DNA of 42,644 bases, taken from the IMG/VR virus record IMGVR_UViG_3300038315_000065, positions 1 to 42,644 of that record, one strand, 5' to 3'. The notes beneath the pieces were generated by a model. The model was not told where the DNA came from. It saw only the letters and a list, made by a program, of their open reading frames with translations, and did not search any database. The DNA is from a virus. Lineage: Duplodnaviria; Caudoviricetes. Made by a program: the position numbers and the translations under genes. Below are positions 20,111 to 28,098 of the stretch, in pieces; positions within the stretch are counted from its first letter, which is position 1, and every line of letters starts with the position of its first letter.

Positions 20111-20137
20111 TAAATAAAATAGGAGAAAATAAATAAT

Positions 20138-20395
20138 ATGGCTTATATAGGTGGAACAGGTACAGGCGAAAAGCCAACTTATGCTGTAGAAATAGGTACA
20201 GGTCTTGTAACTATTCCAAACACTCAAAGTAATGTTTTACATTTTGACAATGCCTATAAAAGTTTTGTCAATATCAATGTTGATACAACAACAACTTTAG
20301 TGGCTACAAATAATTATTATATCGTTGGAGATATAACTATAGCAGATACTAAAACTTGGGACGTTGCAGGTACAGGAACTTTAAACGTAATATAA
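20138..20395 (+). CDS. Tail-fibre cassette protein
   Basis: MAYIG start, beta-rich, GGAG SD. Confidence 0.65.
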   Translation: MAYIGGTGTGEKPTYAVEIGTGLVTIPNTQSNVLHFDNAYKSFVNINVDTTTTLVATNNYYIVGDITIADTKTWDVAGTGTLNVI

Positions 20396-20494
20396 AAAAT
20401 TTAACAGAATTTGTTTGATTTATTGGTTAGTCAAACACTTAACAATAATAATTTAACCAAAATTTAATAAATAAATAAATGGAGAACAAATAAA

Positions 20495-21373
20495 ATGGCA
20501 AGTACAATAAAAGTTGACCAAATAGAAGGCAGTACAGGAAGTACAATTACTGTTCCTACAGGTCAAACATTGACACTTACAGATGGTCTAGCGTCAGCTA
20601 GTTTACCAGTTGTAGGAGTTGCTAAAGGTGGAACGAGTTTTGCGTCATTTACAGCAGGAGATGTATTGTATGCGACAGGTTCTACAACATTAGCAAAATT
20701 ACCAAAAGGAACAGCAGAACAAGTTTTGGCTATGAACTCTGGTGCAACAGCACCCGATTGGGGTTCAGTAGACTTAACAGTTTTGCCTACCATATCAGTT
20801 GCGAAAGGTGGTACAAATTTATCTAGCTTTACAGCAGGAGATATTCTGTATGCAACAGGTACAACAACTTTAGCGAAGTTAGCAAAAGGTTCTGCGGCAG
20901 AAGTTCTTACAATGAACTCAGGTGCTACTGCTCCTGAATGGGCGGAAAGTGCAGGTGGTGGAAAACTTGGACAAGTAATAACAATGGAATTTAATAGTAC
21001 AATAGCAGGCGTACAAAGTATAGGAACTTTTGCATCATGGCCTACAGCTATTCAAGTACAAATAACTCCTAGTGCAAATGACAGTAAAATTTATGTAACA
21101 GCAAATGGTTTAGCTTCTACTGGTGGTTCAAGTAACGGAATGGACCATGCTATTTTTAATGGTGCTACTGAATTAACTAAAACTGGTCTTTATGGAAGTG
21201 CGACAAATGCATTAATTATGAATGTACTTCATTCGCCAGCTTCTACTTCACAACAAACCTATGAGTGGAAAACAAGAGTAAACAGTTCAGGTGGACACTG
21301 GTCTTATCTTTATTCAGGAACAGCAAATCCTGCAAGAACAGTTTACATGACTGCAATGGAAATATTAAATTAA
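20495..21373 (+). CDS. Distal tail fibre / receptor-binding protein with internal 60-aa duplication
   Basis: MASTIKVDQI start; two GGT..FTAGD.LYA..TTLAKL.KG repeats; C-terminal GGGKLGQV..ITPS..SKI..MEI domain. Confidence 0.8.
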   Translation: MASTIKVDQIEGSTGSTITVPTGQTLTLTDGLASASLPVVGVAKGGTSFASFTAGDVLYATGSTTLAKLPKGTAEQVLAMNSGATAPDWGSVDLTVLPTISVAKGGTNLSSFTAGDILYATGTTTLAKLAKGSAAEVLTMNSGATAPEWAESAGGGKLGQVITMEFNSTIAGVQSIGTFASWPTAIQVQITPSANDSKIYVTANGLASTGGSSNGMDHAIFNGATELTKTGLYGSATNALIMNVLHSPASTSQQTYEWKTRVNSSGGHWSYLYSGTANPARTVYMTAMEILN

Positions 21374-21391
21374 CATAATAGGAGAATAAAA

Positions 21392-21655
21392 ATGATAATA
21401 GATAAAATAGCAGACGCAATCAGAGCAATAGACAATACAAGACAATGTTCTCATATTGTTGGTGATATTGACAGTATTACTTGGTTAGATGGCAAAGCAC
21501 CAATATCTAAAGCAGATTTGGAAGCAAAAATGGCAGAATTAGAAACACAAAAAACTAATGAAGCCAATGAAAAAGCTACTGACAAAGCTAGTGGCAATCA
21601 AAAGCTATTAGATTTGGGTTTATCACAAGCCGAAGTAAACGCACTTACAAAATAG
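21392..21655 (+). CDS. Probable tail-fibre assembly chaperone
   Basis: Follows fibre gene; ITWLDG..P and KLLDLGLSQAEV motifs. Confidence 0.6.
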   Translation: MIIDKIADAIRAIDNTRQCSHIVGDIDSITWLDGKAPISKADLEAKMAELETQKTNEANEKATDKASGNQKLLDLGLSQAEVNALTK

Positions 21656-21816
21656 ATAATCTAAAATCATGGAGAGTTGCTATGGGCAGATGGATTACTT
21701 TAATTCTCTGTCTTGGTGGCACTAATGATTGTGAAGGTTGTCAATAGGGTTGTGACTTAATACACACGTAAGGTTTCACAGTTAGACCTTAATAAATAAT
21801 AAAAAAGGAGATAAAT

Positions 21817-21957
21817 ATGTTCAATTTTAAACTAGAAATTCCAACTTATAAAGAATGGAAAGCAAGTGTTGAAAAATACACTACGCAAGTACAGAAATTT
21901 TATAAGGATTTATGGAACGATGTTTGGGTTAGATTTCCATCAAATAGTGATAGTTAA
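21817..21957 (+). CDS. Small hypothetical protein (46 aa)
   Basis: AAGGAG SD; MFNFKLEIPTYKEWKASVEKYTTQVQKFYKDLWNDVWVRFPSNSDS. Confidence 0.75.
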   Translation: MFNFKLEIPTYKEWKASVEKYTTQVQKFYKDLWNDVWVRFPSNSDS

Positions 21958-22003
21958 TAAATGACGTTTTAGTCTTTAATGACAAGAAGGAGCAACAAAA
22001 CAA

Positions 22004-22207
22004 ATGAAAGACATTAACGAACTTAACTTAGAAGTAGAGAGACTTAGAGGCGATATAAAGCTCGTTAAACAATCTATTGAAGTTATAGAAAAGAATCACT
22101 TGGTTCACTTAGATAGAAAAGTTAATAAAATTAATAATATTTTATGGACTGTTGGTCTAATGATTTTTGCTCAATTAATTATAACTGTTAAAACTTTAAT
22201 GGTATAA
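22004..22207 (+). CDS. Coiled-coil plus C-terminal TM protein
   Basis: AAGGAG SD; IEKNHLVHL followed by hydrophobic tail. Confidence 0.8.
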   Translation: MKDINELNLEVERLRGDIKLVKQSIEVIEKNHLVHLDRKVNKINNILWTVGLMIFAQLIITVKTLMV

Positions 22208-22211
22208 AAAT

Positions 22212-22580
22212 ATGATACCTTATAAATTATTATTCAATATTGGTTCAAAAGCCGTAGGTGGCTTTATGCAACGAAGACGGGATATAAGTGCACAAAAACA
22301 TACAGTAGCTTTAGAAGAAGTTAGAAATGGAGCTATTAGAGCGAAACGTGCAGGTTCATTATTTTTAGATTTATTATTAGGAGCTTTTATATTAGCACCT
22401 TTAGGTATCTTAGCTTATGCTTCATATTTTGGAGATTTAGCTATGTATGATAGAACAAAATTGTTTTTTGATAGATTAGAGGACATTCCTCAACTTTATC
22501 TTTATTTAGTCTTTATAGTAGTAGGGGGAAATTATGGAATATCTGTTACGAATCTTTTACAAGGTAAAAAGTTTAAGTAA
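22212..22580 (+). CDS. Holin-like membrane protein
   Basis: Two hydrophobic helices, basic C-terminus, located in lysis region. Confidence 0.55.
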   Translation: MIPYKLLFNIGSKAVGGFMQRRRDISAQKHTVALEEVRNGAIRAKRAGSLFLDLLLGAFILAPLGILAYASYFGDLAMYDRTKLFFDRLEDIPQLYLYLVFIVVGGNYGISVTNLLQGKKFK

Positions 22581-22782
22581 CTTTTGGAATGTATACTTAG
22601 GCTCTACAATTATAATAGTTTTAATGTTTATATTTTTATTACTTGCAGGTTGTGAAAATATGAAACAAACTATAGGTATATCTACAAATCCTTTTAGTTC
22701 TAAAATGGAAGAAAAAACAAAATTAAATTATAAAATAACATTCGGTAAAATTAGACCTAAAGAAGATGATGATGATGATTAA
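22534..22782 (+). CDS. Putative lipoprotein (start uncertain)
   Basis: Hydrophobic stretch ending in lipobox LLAGC. Confidence 0.6.
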   Translation: MEYLLRIFYKVKSLSNFWNVYLGSTIIIVLMFIFLLLAGCENMKQTIGISTNPFSSKMEEKTKLNYKITFGKIRPKEDDDDD

Positions 22783-22894
22783 AATAATTGATTTTATTCT
22801 AAACCTTATAGAAACCTATAGTGGAAAAATAAATGGTTGGGCTTGGGATAAGAGATGGAAAAATAGACAAAGCGGAACAGGATACAGGAAATGA
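22775..22894 (+). CDS. WAW-motif micropeptide (39 aa)
   Basis: MIKIIDFILNLIETYSGKINGWAWDKRWKNRQSGTGYRK; ATGA overlap with next gene. Confidence 0.7.
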   Translation: MIKIIDFILNLIETYSGKINGWAWDKRWKNRQSGTGYRK

Positions 22895-23277
22895 AAATAT
22901 CAGATAAAACTGCTATTTCAATGCCTATGAGAAATCTTATAGGAATTGTAACAGCAGTCTCGGTAGGTGTGTGGGCGTTTTTTGGGATTCAAGAAACTCT
23001 CAATAAGCATAGCACGACTTTAGAGTTAATGGAAAAAGACTTAGAACAAAATTCAGAATTTAGAATCAAATACCCTCGTGGAGAATTAGGACAAAGTTCG
23101 GGGGAAGCAGAATTATTTATGCTCGTGGAACATATGAGCACACTTTTAGAAGATTTGAATGGAGAAATTAAGGGTATGAGAAATAATGCTGTTAATATAG
23201 ATTTTTTAAAAGAAAGAGTTAAGAAATTAAGTGAAGACGTAGAAAAATTAATTAGAAATGGAAATGGTATAAAATAA
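22891..23277 (+). CDS. TM plus coiled-coil protein
   Basis: N-terminal TM segment, heptad-rich remainder. Confidence 0.8.
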   Translation: MKISDKTAISMPMRNLIGIVTAVSVGVWAFFGIQETLNKHSTTLELMEKDLEQNSEFRIKYPRGELGQSSGEAELFMLVEHMSTLLEDLNGEIKGMRNNAVNIDFLKERVKKLSEDVEKLIRNGNGIK

Positions 23278-23489
23278 TGGTAGAAACTGTAGTAGCGTTG
23301 CTACTTATATTAAATGGTAATATCATTGAACATACTTATAAAGATAATTTGAGCTCATGTCTTAAATCAAAGCGAATTGCTCAACGGGAAGTAAATCCTG
23401 AGAGCGTAGTTTTTAGTTGTAAAATAGTTAAAGCTAAAACTGAAATATACATGGGTGGAAAAAAGATACTTAAAATAATAAAGGAATAA
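23277..23489 (+). CDS. Small secreted-type protein with two Cys
   Basis: Hydrophobic N-terminus; CLKSKR...C; TAATG coupling. Confidence 0.8.
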   Translation: MVETVVALLLILNGNIIEHTYKDNLSSCLKSKRIAQREVNPESVVFSCKIVKAKTEIYMGGKKILKIIKE

Positions 23490-23716
23490 TGGATTTAAAA
23501 GATAAAATAATCGGTATGGCTCTTGTAGCTTTAATTTCACTTGTCGGGTGGAATCTTCACGAAACGTGGGGAATGAAAGAAGAAGTATTTAAACTTCAAC
23601 AAGGACAAGAAGTTTTATCTAAACAGATTAAAAAGAACTCTAATCTTATTAAAAGAAATATTAAAAAACCAAATAAGAAAAAAAAAAATAAGAAAAAGAA
23701 ACAACAAGACGAATAA
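23489..23716 (+). CDS. TM protein with Lys-rich tail
   Basis: TAATG coupling on both sides. Confidence 0.75.
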   Translation: MDLKDKIIGMALVALISLVGWNLHETWGMKEEVFKLQQGQEVLSKQIKKNSNLIKRNIKKPNKKKKNKKKKQQDE

Positions 23717-23988
23717 TGAAAATACTATTGGTTATTACTATTTGTTCATCACTCGGTTGTTTACCCCCAATGACACACCCTGATTGGACTTATGAAAATG
23801 AAGACCAATGTATGATGAAAGGTTATTACCGAATTGCTGAAGTCGCTGAAACTTATATGAAGACTGTAGGCGTTCAACAATTTAAAGATATGAGAGTTAG
23901 AATGATGTATAGTTGTCTAACTGAAGACGCTTGGAAAAAATCAACTGAACCTAAAGGAAAAGAATCTACGATTGAACTACCTATTTAA
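23716..23988 (+). CDS. Small secreted-type protein with four Cys
   Basis: MKILLVITICSSLGCLPP; coupled start. Confidence 0.75.
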   Translation: MKILLVITICSSLGCLPPMTHPDWTYENEDQCMMKGYYRIAEVAETYMKTVGVQQFKDMRVRMMYSCLTEDAWKKSTEPKGKESTIELPI

Positions 23989-24085
23989 TCTATGCCAAAA
24001 TTAAAACCTTTAATTTACGCTTTTCTCTTCTTTTACTTTATTACTTATTGTAACATAAACAAACTTACAAAAAAGGAGTCTTTTT

Positions 24086-24202
24086 ATGATATTCCGCATA
24101 TTAAGATTAATAAACCGAATTACAACAAGACTAAGTATGTGGGCTTGGAAAAAAGAGACATATTTAAAATATTATAAACACCGAAATAAAAAAGATGAGT
24201 AA
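24086..24202 (+). CDS. WAW-motif micropeptide (38 aa)
   Basis: AAGGAG SD; MIFRILRLINRITTRLSMWAWKKETYLKYYKHRNKKDE. Confidence 0.65.
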   Translation: MIFRILRLINRITTRLSMWAWKKETYLKYYKHRNKKDE

Positions 24203-24344
24203 AGTACCTAAGTATGGAACAAAAGTAAAATATAATAGAACACATAAAGGTACATCAATAGGACGTAGACCGATTACTTCCACAATGAACAAAGATAAAA
24301 GGAGACAAGGTGGAGCAAAAAAATACAGAGGTCAAGGACGTTAG
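24195..24344 (+). CDS. Small basic protein ending KKYRGQGR (49 aa)
   Basis: Manual translation MSKVPKYGTKVKYNRTHKGTSIGRRPITSTMNKDKRRQGGAKKYRGQGR. Confidence 0.75.
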   Translation: MSKVPKYGTKVKYNRTHKGTSIGRRPITSTMNKDKRRQGGAKKYRGQGR

Positions 24345-24537
24345 AATAGAAAAAATTATAAAAGAATTACCCGAATTATTAGTTAAACACGCATACCAAA
24401 AACTAAAATCAGGTCAAGAACTAACTGCTTCAGAAATGAAAGTATGTTTAGAGGTCTGTAAGACATACAGTTCCGAAAAGTTAGGTGCAAAGCCTGATAA
24501 TATTCTTGAGAAAGTACCTTTTGACACAGATGGATAA
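24310..24537 (+). CDS. gp18: Terminase small subunit
   Basis: LKSGQELTASEMKV..LEKVPF pattern; GTG start after AGGAG; directly before TerL. Confidence 0.8.
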   Translation: MEQKNTEVKDVRIEKIIKELPELLVKHAYQKLKSGQELTASEMKVCLEVCKTYSSEKLGAKPDNILEKVPFDTDG

Positions 24538-26170
24538 ACGATTAGAAAATTTTAAGAATTTTTTGTATTTATGTTGGAAGTTTCTAACCTTACCTGAACC
24601 AACTCCCATACAATATGATATAGCAGACTATTTACAAAATGAAGAACGTAGATTAGTTATTGAAGCCTTTAGAGGTGTAGGTAAATCTTGGATTACTTCA
24701 GCATTTGTTTGTCATCAACTTTTATTAAACCCTCAAAGAAATATACTGGTTGTCTCAGCTTCTAAAAATAGAGCTGATGACTTTAGTACATTTACTCAAA
24801 GACTAATCAATGAAATGCCAATATTACAGCATTTAATACCTAGAGATGACCAAAGACATTCTAAAATTAGTTTTGATGTAGCTCCCGCTTTAGCTTCTCA
24901 CGCACCTAGTGTGAAATCTATGGGTATTACAGGACAGCTTACAGGTTCTCGTGCAGATTTAATTATTGCCGATGATGTAGAGTCAGCTAATAACTCACAG
25001 ACTCAGTTAATGAGAGATAGATTAAGTGAAACTGTGAAAGAATTTGATGCCATCATTAAACCCGATGTTGGTCGCATCATATTCTTAGGAACACCTCAAA
25101 CTGAAATGAGTTTATATAATACATTAGAAGAAAGAGGTTTCAAGACAAAAATATGGACAGCGTTATATCCAACTAAAGAACAAACGATTGGATATGGTAG
25201 TAAACTTTCTAAAATTATTTCTAATATTACAGGTAAAGAAGGACAGCCTACTGACCCTCAAAGATTTGATGATGTAGATTTATTAGAGCGTTTGTCTTCA
25301 TATGGACGTTCAGGTTTTAACTTACAATTTATGTTGGACACTACAATGTCTGACTCCAATAGATACCCTTTAAAGCTCAATGATTTAATTGTAGCTTCAG
25401 GTTGTACGACTTGGGATAAAGCTCCTGCTCAAATTCAGTGGGCTTCAGGTACACAACAGTTAAAAGGTGTAGACCCTGAAATACCAAATGTAGGTTTAAA
25501 GGGAGACTACTATGTCGCTCCTTTACACTTATCTGATGAATACGCTCCCTTTGAAGGGGTTGCTATGTCCATTGACCCTGCGGGTCGGGGAGAGGACAAA
25601 ACAGCGTATGCGGTGCTTAAAATGCTTCATGGAGTGCTATATTTGACCGATATAGGTGCTTTAGATGGTGGGTACTCAGATTCCACCTTAGAAGAGCTTT
25701 CTAGTATTGCTAAAAGAAACAAGGTAAATAACGTGGTTATAGAGTCTAACTTTGGAGATGGTATGGCTACAGCATTATTAAAACCTGTTATGGCTAAGAT
25801 ACACCCTTGTCAAATAGAAGAGGTAAGACATAACATACAAAAAGAGAAAAGAATTATAGATACCCTAGAACCTATTATGAATGGTCATAGGCTAGTGGTA
25901 GATGAGAATACGATTAAAGAAGATTTCAAGCTAGAACCTAATCATCAGTTATTTAGACAACTGACTAGGATAACTAGAGATAGAGGTGCGTTAAGACACG
26001 ATGACCAAATAGACGCTTTAGCTATTGCGGCTAACTATTGGGTGGAGAGAATGGATAGAGACCAAACTCTTTCTTATCAACAACACAAAGATGAACTAAT
26101 AAATAAGGATTTAGAGAAATTTATGGAACATACAGTGGGTAGACAACCTAAGCGGGAAAGATGGATATAA
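24530..26170 (+). CDS. gp19: Terminase large subunit
   Basis: AFRGVGKSWIT, GSRADLIIADDVE, LGTPQ, IDPAGRGED, ESNFGDGM, HDDQIDAL; ATG at 24530. Confidence 0.97.
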   Translation: MDKRLENFKNFLYLCWKFLTLPEPTPIQYDIADYLQNEERRLVIEAFRGVGKSWITSAFVCHQLLLNPQRNILVVSASKNRADDFSTFTQRLINEMPILQHLIPRDDQRHSKISFDVAPALASHAPSVKSMGITGQLTGSRADLIIADDVESANNSQTQLMRDRLSETVKEFDAIIKPDVGRIIFLGTPQTEMSLYNTLEERGFKTKIWTALYPTKEQTIGYGSKLSKIISNITGKEGQPTDPQRFDDVDLLERLSSYGRSGFNLQFMLDTTMSDSNRYPLKLNDLIVASGCTTWDKAPAQIQWASGTQQLKGVDPEIPNVGLKGDYYVAPLHLSDEYAPFEGVAMSIDPAGRGEDKTAYAVLKMLHGVLYLTDIGALDGGYSDSTLEELSSIAKRNKVNNVVIESNFGDGMATALLKPVMAKIHPCQIEEVRHNIQKEKRIIDTLEPIMNGHRLVVDENTIKEDFKLEPNHQLFRQLTRITRDRGALRHDDQIDALAIAANYWVERMDRDQTLSYQQHKDELINKDLEKFMEHTVGRQPKRERWI

Positions 26171-26174
26171 ACAC

Positions 26175-26191
26175 TAAAGTACCCGTATTAG
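26175..26191 (+). promoter_or_regulatory. Putative phage RNAP promoter facing the right genome end (phiOR-like)
   Basis: TAAAGTACCCGTATTAG. Confidence 0.8.
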
Positions 26192-26257
26192 TGAAAACAA
26201 AAAGGTTAAAGCTATACTATAGCTATTACTTACTCACTTATTATTAATGGATAGATT

Positions 26258-26428
26258 ATGGCAAAATGTGAAAGATGCGACAAGGAGTGTCACTGTAGTA
26301 AGGACGCTAAAGAATCTAATTGCGTTAATTGTAATTGTCCTAATAACAGGAGCGTATGGTATGTCCAAAGCTCTTCAAACGAACAAGATAGAACTTACGA
26401 AAACGAGGTTAATAAATCAAATGGCTAA
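26258..26428 (+). CDS. Cys-rich metallothionein-like micro-protein (56 aa)
   Basis: MAKCERCDKECHCSKDAKESNCVNCNCPNN...; 7 Cys and 1 His in the first 27 aa; overlaps next start. Confidence 0.7.
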   Translation: MAKCERCDKECHCSKDAKESNCVNCNCPNNRSVWYVQSSSNEQDRTYENEVNKSNG

Positions 26429-26927
26429 TATATTTAATAATGCAGGAAACATAGAAGTAGGACAAGGATTTGCAGGTGAAACTGGAGAGACTTACGCTAA
26501 TGATAGAACAGGAGAGTTTAAACCTTTTGTTGTCTTTGATAGTCCTCAAATGGGACTTAGAGCTATCTTTAGAGATTTAAGAACTAAGATAGCAAAACAC
26601 GATGGTGTTCTTTGGAGTATAATAAGTGAATATGCACCACCTTCTGAAAACAACACAGAGTTGTACTTTAAACACGCTAAGATGGCGTTGAATGGTGACG
26701 ATATGGTAGGTGAGTATACATTACCAAAATTAGTAAAAGCTATGGTTAAGCACGAAAATAAAAAAGAAGTATCAGACTATTATTTGAGTGACCCTAAGAT
26801 ATTACAAGAAGCATTTGCATTATCTACTATGAGTTTTCCTTCAGGAACAAGTTATGAAGAAGCTAAAGAGATTTATAGACAAGAACCTCTGCATCTATCT
26901 CATCACGTTCCCAAGCATTTGAAATAA
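26421..26927 (+). CDS. Lysozyme-like protein (candidate endolysin or virion hydrolase)
   Basis: NNAGNI, F.VFDSPQMGLRA, YAPPSENNT..Y, AMVKHEN motifs; start reassigned from 26247 to 26421. Confidence 0.7.
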   Translation: MANIFNNAGNIEVGQGFAGETGETYANDRTGEFKPFVVFDSPQMGLRAIFRDLRTKIAKHDGVLWSIISEYAPPSENNTELYFKHAKMALNGDDMVGEYTLPKLVKAMVKHENKKEVSDYYLSDPKILQEAFALSTMSFPSGTSYEEAKEIYRQEPLHLSHHVPKHLK

Positions 26928-26929
26928 TT

Positions 26930-27330
26930 AGAAGAAAAAATGTGAAGGGGTATCCGAGTGAGCGGTGGAGCACATTTCCCCGTTGGTATCACACACAACT
27001 AGCGGTTGCAGGTGTCCCGTTGGCTCTTTTTAAGTCCGCAACGGCTCTTATATAGTAAACCTTTTGTTTTTTTCGGGCTCGTCTGTCTTCTCGTCTGTTT
27101 TTTTGGATAGGGTACTGCTCACACATACAGACACACAAAGACACACACGGCACACACACGAACAGACACAAAGACAAAAACACCAACGGCATACGCTCAA
27201 GTCTGTTTTTTTATTGATACTTATTTAATAAAGCTCAAAGCAATCAAAGTTATAACAATAAATATAATCCAAAATAATATAAATAGTATCTTCTCTTTAA
27301 TTCTCTTCATTTCTCTTCATTCCTTTTTAT
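26930..27330. other. Probable genome terminus / concatemer junction region
   Basis: Non-coding stretch between last late gene and early region, locally GC-richer, with short repeats; T7 synteny. Confidence 0.7.
27119..27184. repeat. CA/GACACA-rich low-complexity repeat
   Basis: cacacatacagacacacaaagacacacacggcacacacacgaacagacacaaagac. Confidence 0.85.
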
Positions 27331-27400
27331 TAATAGTTAGTAAGTAAGTAAGTTAGTTAATAGCTATATAATAGCTAGAGCTTTCCTTTTTTGATTGTCT

Positions 27401-27417
27401 CTAATACGGGTACCTTA
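27401..27417 (-). promoter_or_regulatory. Putative leftward phage RNAP promoter
   Basis: Reverse complement TAAGGTACCCGTATTAG, 16/17 identical to 26175-26191. Confidence 0.8.
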
Positions 27418-27505
27418 ATACTTGCCTTAATTGTCATAATCATTTCACAATCTTGCCTTAAACTGTGTCAAGTTGTCGCAGTTAAGTATTTATATCATTT
27501 TTTAC

Positions 27506-27533
27506 TTGCATATAGATTTAATAGGTTTAATGT
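27506..27533 (+). promoter_or_regulatory. Possible host sigma70 early promoter
   Basis: TTGCAT-N16-TAATGT upstream of first early gene; weak evidence in AT-rich DNA. Confidence 0.4.
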
Positions 27534-27554
27534 AATTTTATGATTTGATTTTTT

Positions 27555-27780
27555 ATGAACGCAACGGAAAGCACATTGTCCGTTTATTCAGGTCACAGGA
27601 AACCACTGTAAAAAATCTCGTCTCTGCTAAGGTTGGCAAGTTTTAGGCTCTAGCTTATCGTCCTAAAATTACTTAATGCAGATAGACCGCTTTGGAGTTC
27701 TGATTGTCTCCGAAAGTCTTTAGATTGGTATTCAGTCCAACGAGAAAAAAGTTTGTTTGTCTCTAGTAATTTTACTAGAA
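27555..27780 (+). ncRNA. Structured RNA leader 1 of early region
   Basis: Nested complementary segments AACGGA/TCCGTT, CTCGT/ACGAG, TCTGC/GCAGA, TTTTAGG/CCTAAAA, GGAG/CTCC, TCTAGTAA/TTACTAGA. Confidence 0.6.
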
Positions 27781-27809
27781 TTTATTAACAATTAACAAAA
27801 GGTCTTATA

Positions 27810-28052
27810 ATGTTTGTATCTGATATGGTTGGTTCTCATATGGTTGAGAAACTGCCAAAAACTATATTTGAAGAGCAAGACGGCGCAACAAATTATAGTA
27901 TAATAAAAGGCATTTTTTATATTGCGGATTTACATAGTAAGCATTTAGTTTATAGAGTAATGAAGCATGAAAAATACCAAAAACCTATATATGAATTTTG
28001 CTTTAAAAAAGTACAAGCCGAAATAATGCTAAAAGAGTTAAAAGCTCAATAA
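27810..28052 (+). CDS. Early hypothetical protein
   Basis: 80-aa ORF after an A/C-rich leader. Confidence 0.7.
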   Translation: MFVSDMVGSHMVEKLPKTIFEEQDGATNYSIIKGIFYIADLHSKHLVYRVMKHEKYQKPIYEFCFKKVQAEIMLKELKAQ

Positions 28053-28098
28053 ATTTTAAACGAACTTAGGCGGTTGAAATATACCGCCTGAGTTCATA

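Noticed and set aside
26247-26420. N-terminal TM extension making the lysozyme-like protein a SAR endolysin
   Set aside because: A Cys-rich ORF in another frame explains the region better, and the conserved-looking domain starts at 26421; not fully excluded.
26989-27192. 67-aa Cys-rich minus-strand ORF
   Set aside because: Its Cys/Val content comes from the TG complement of the CA repeat.
27615-27720. Twister-like (TAATGCAG) or, near 29650, pistol-like (TAAGCCCTA) ribozyme
   Set aside because: Only short motif fragments; the required pseudoknot partners were not found by eye.
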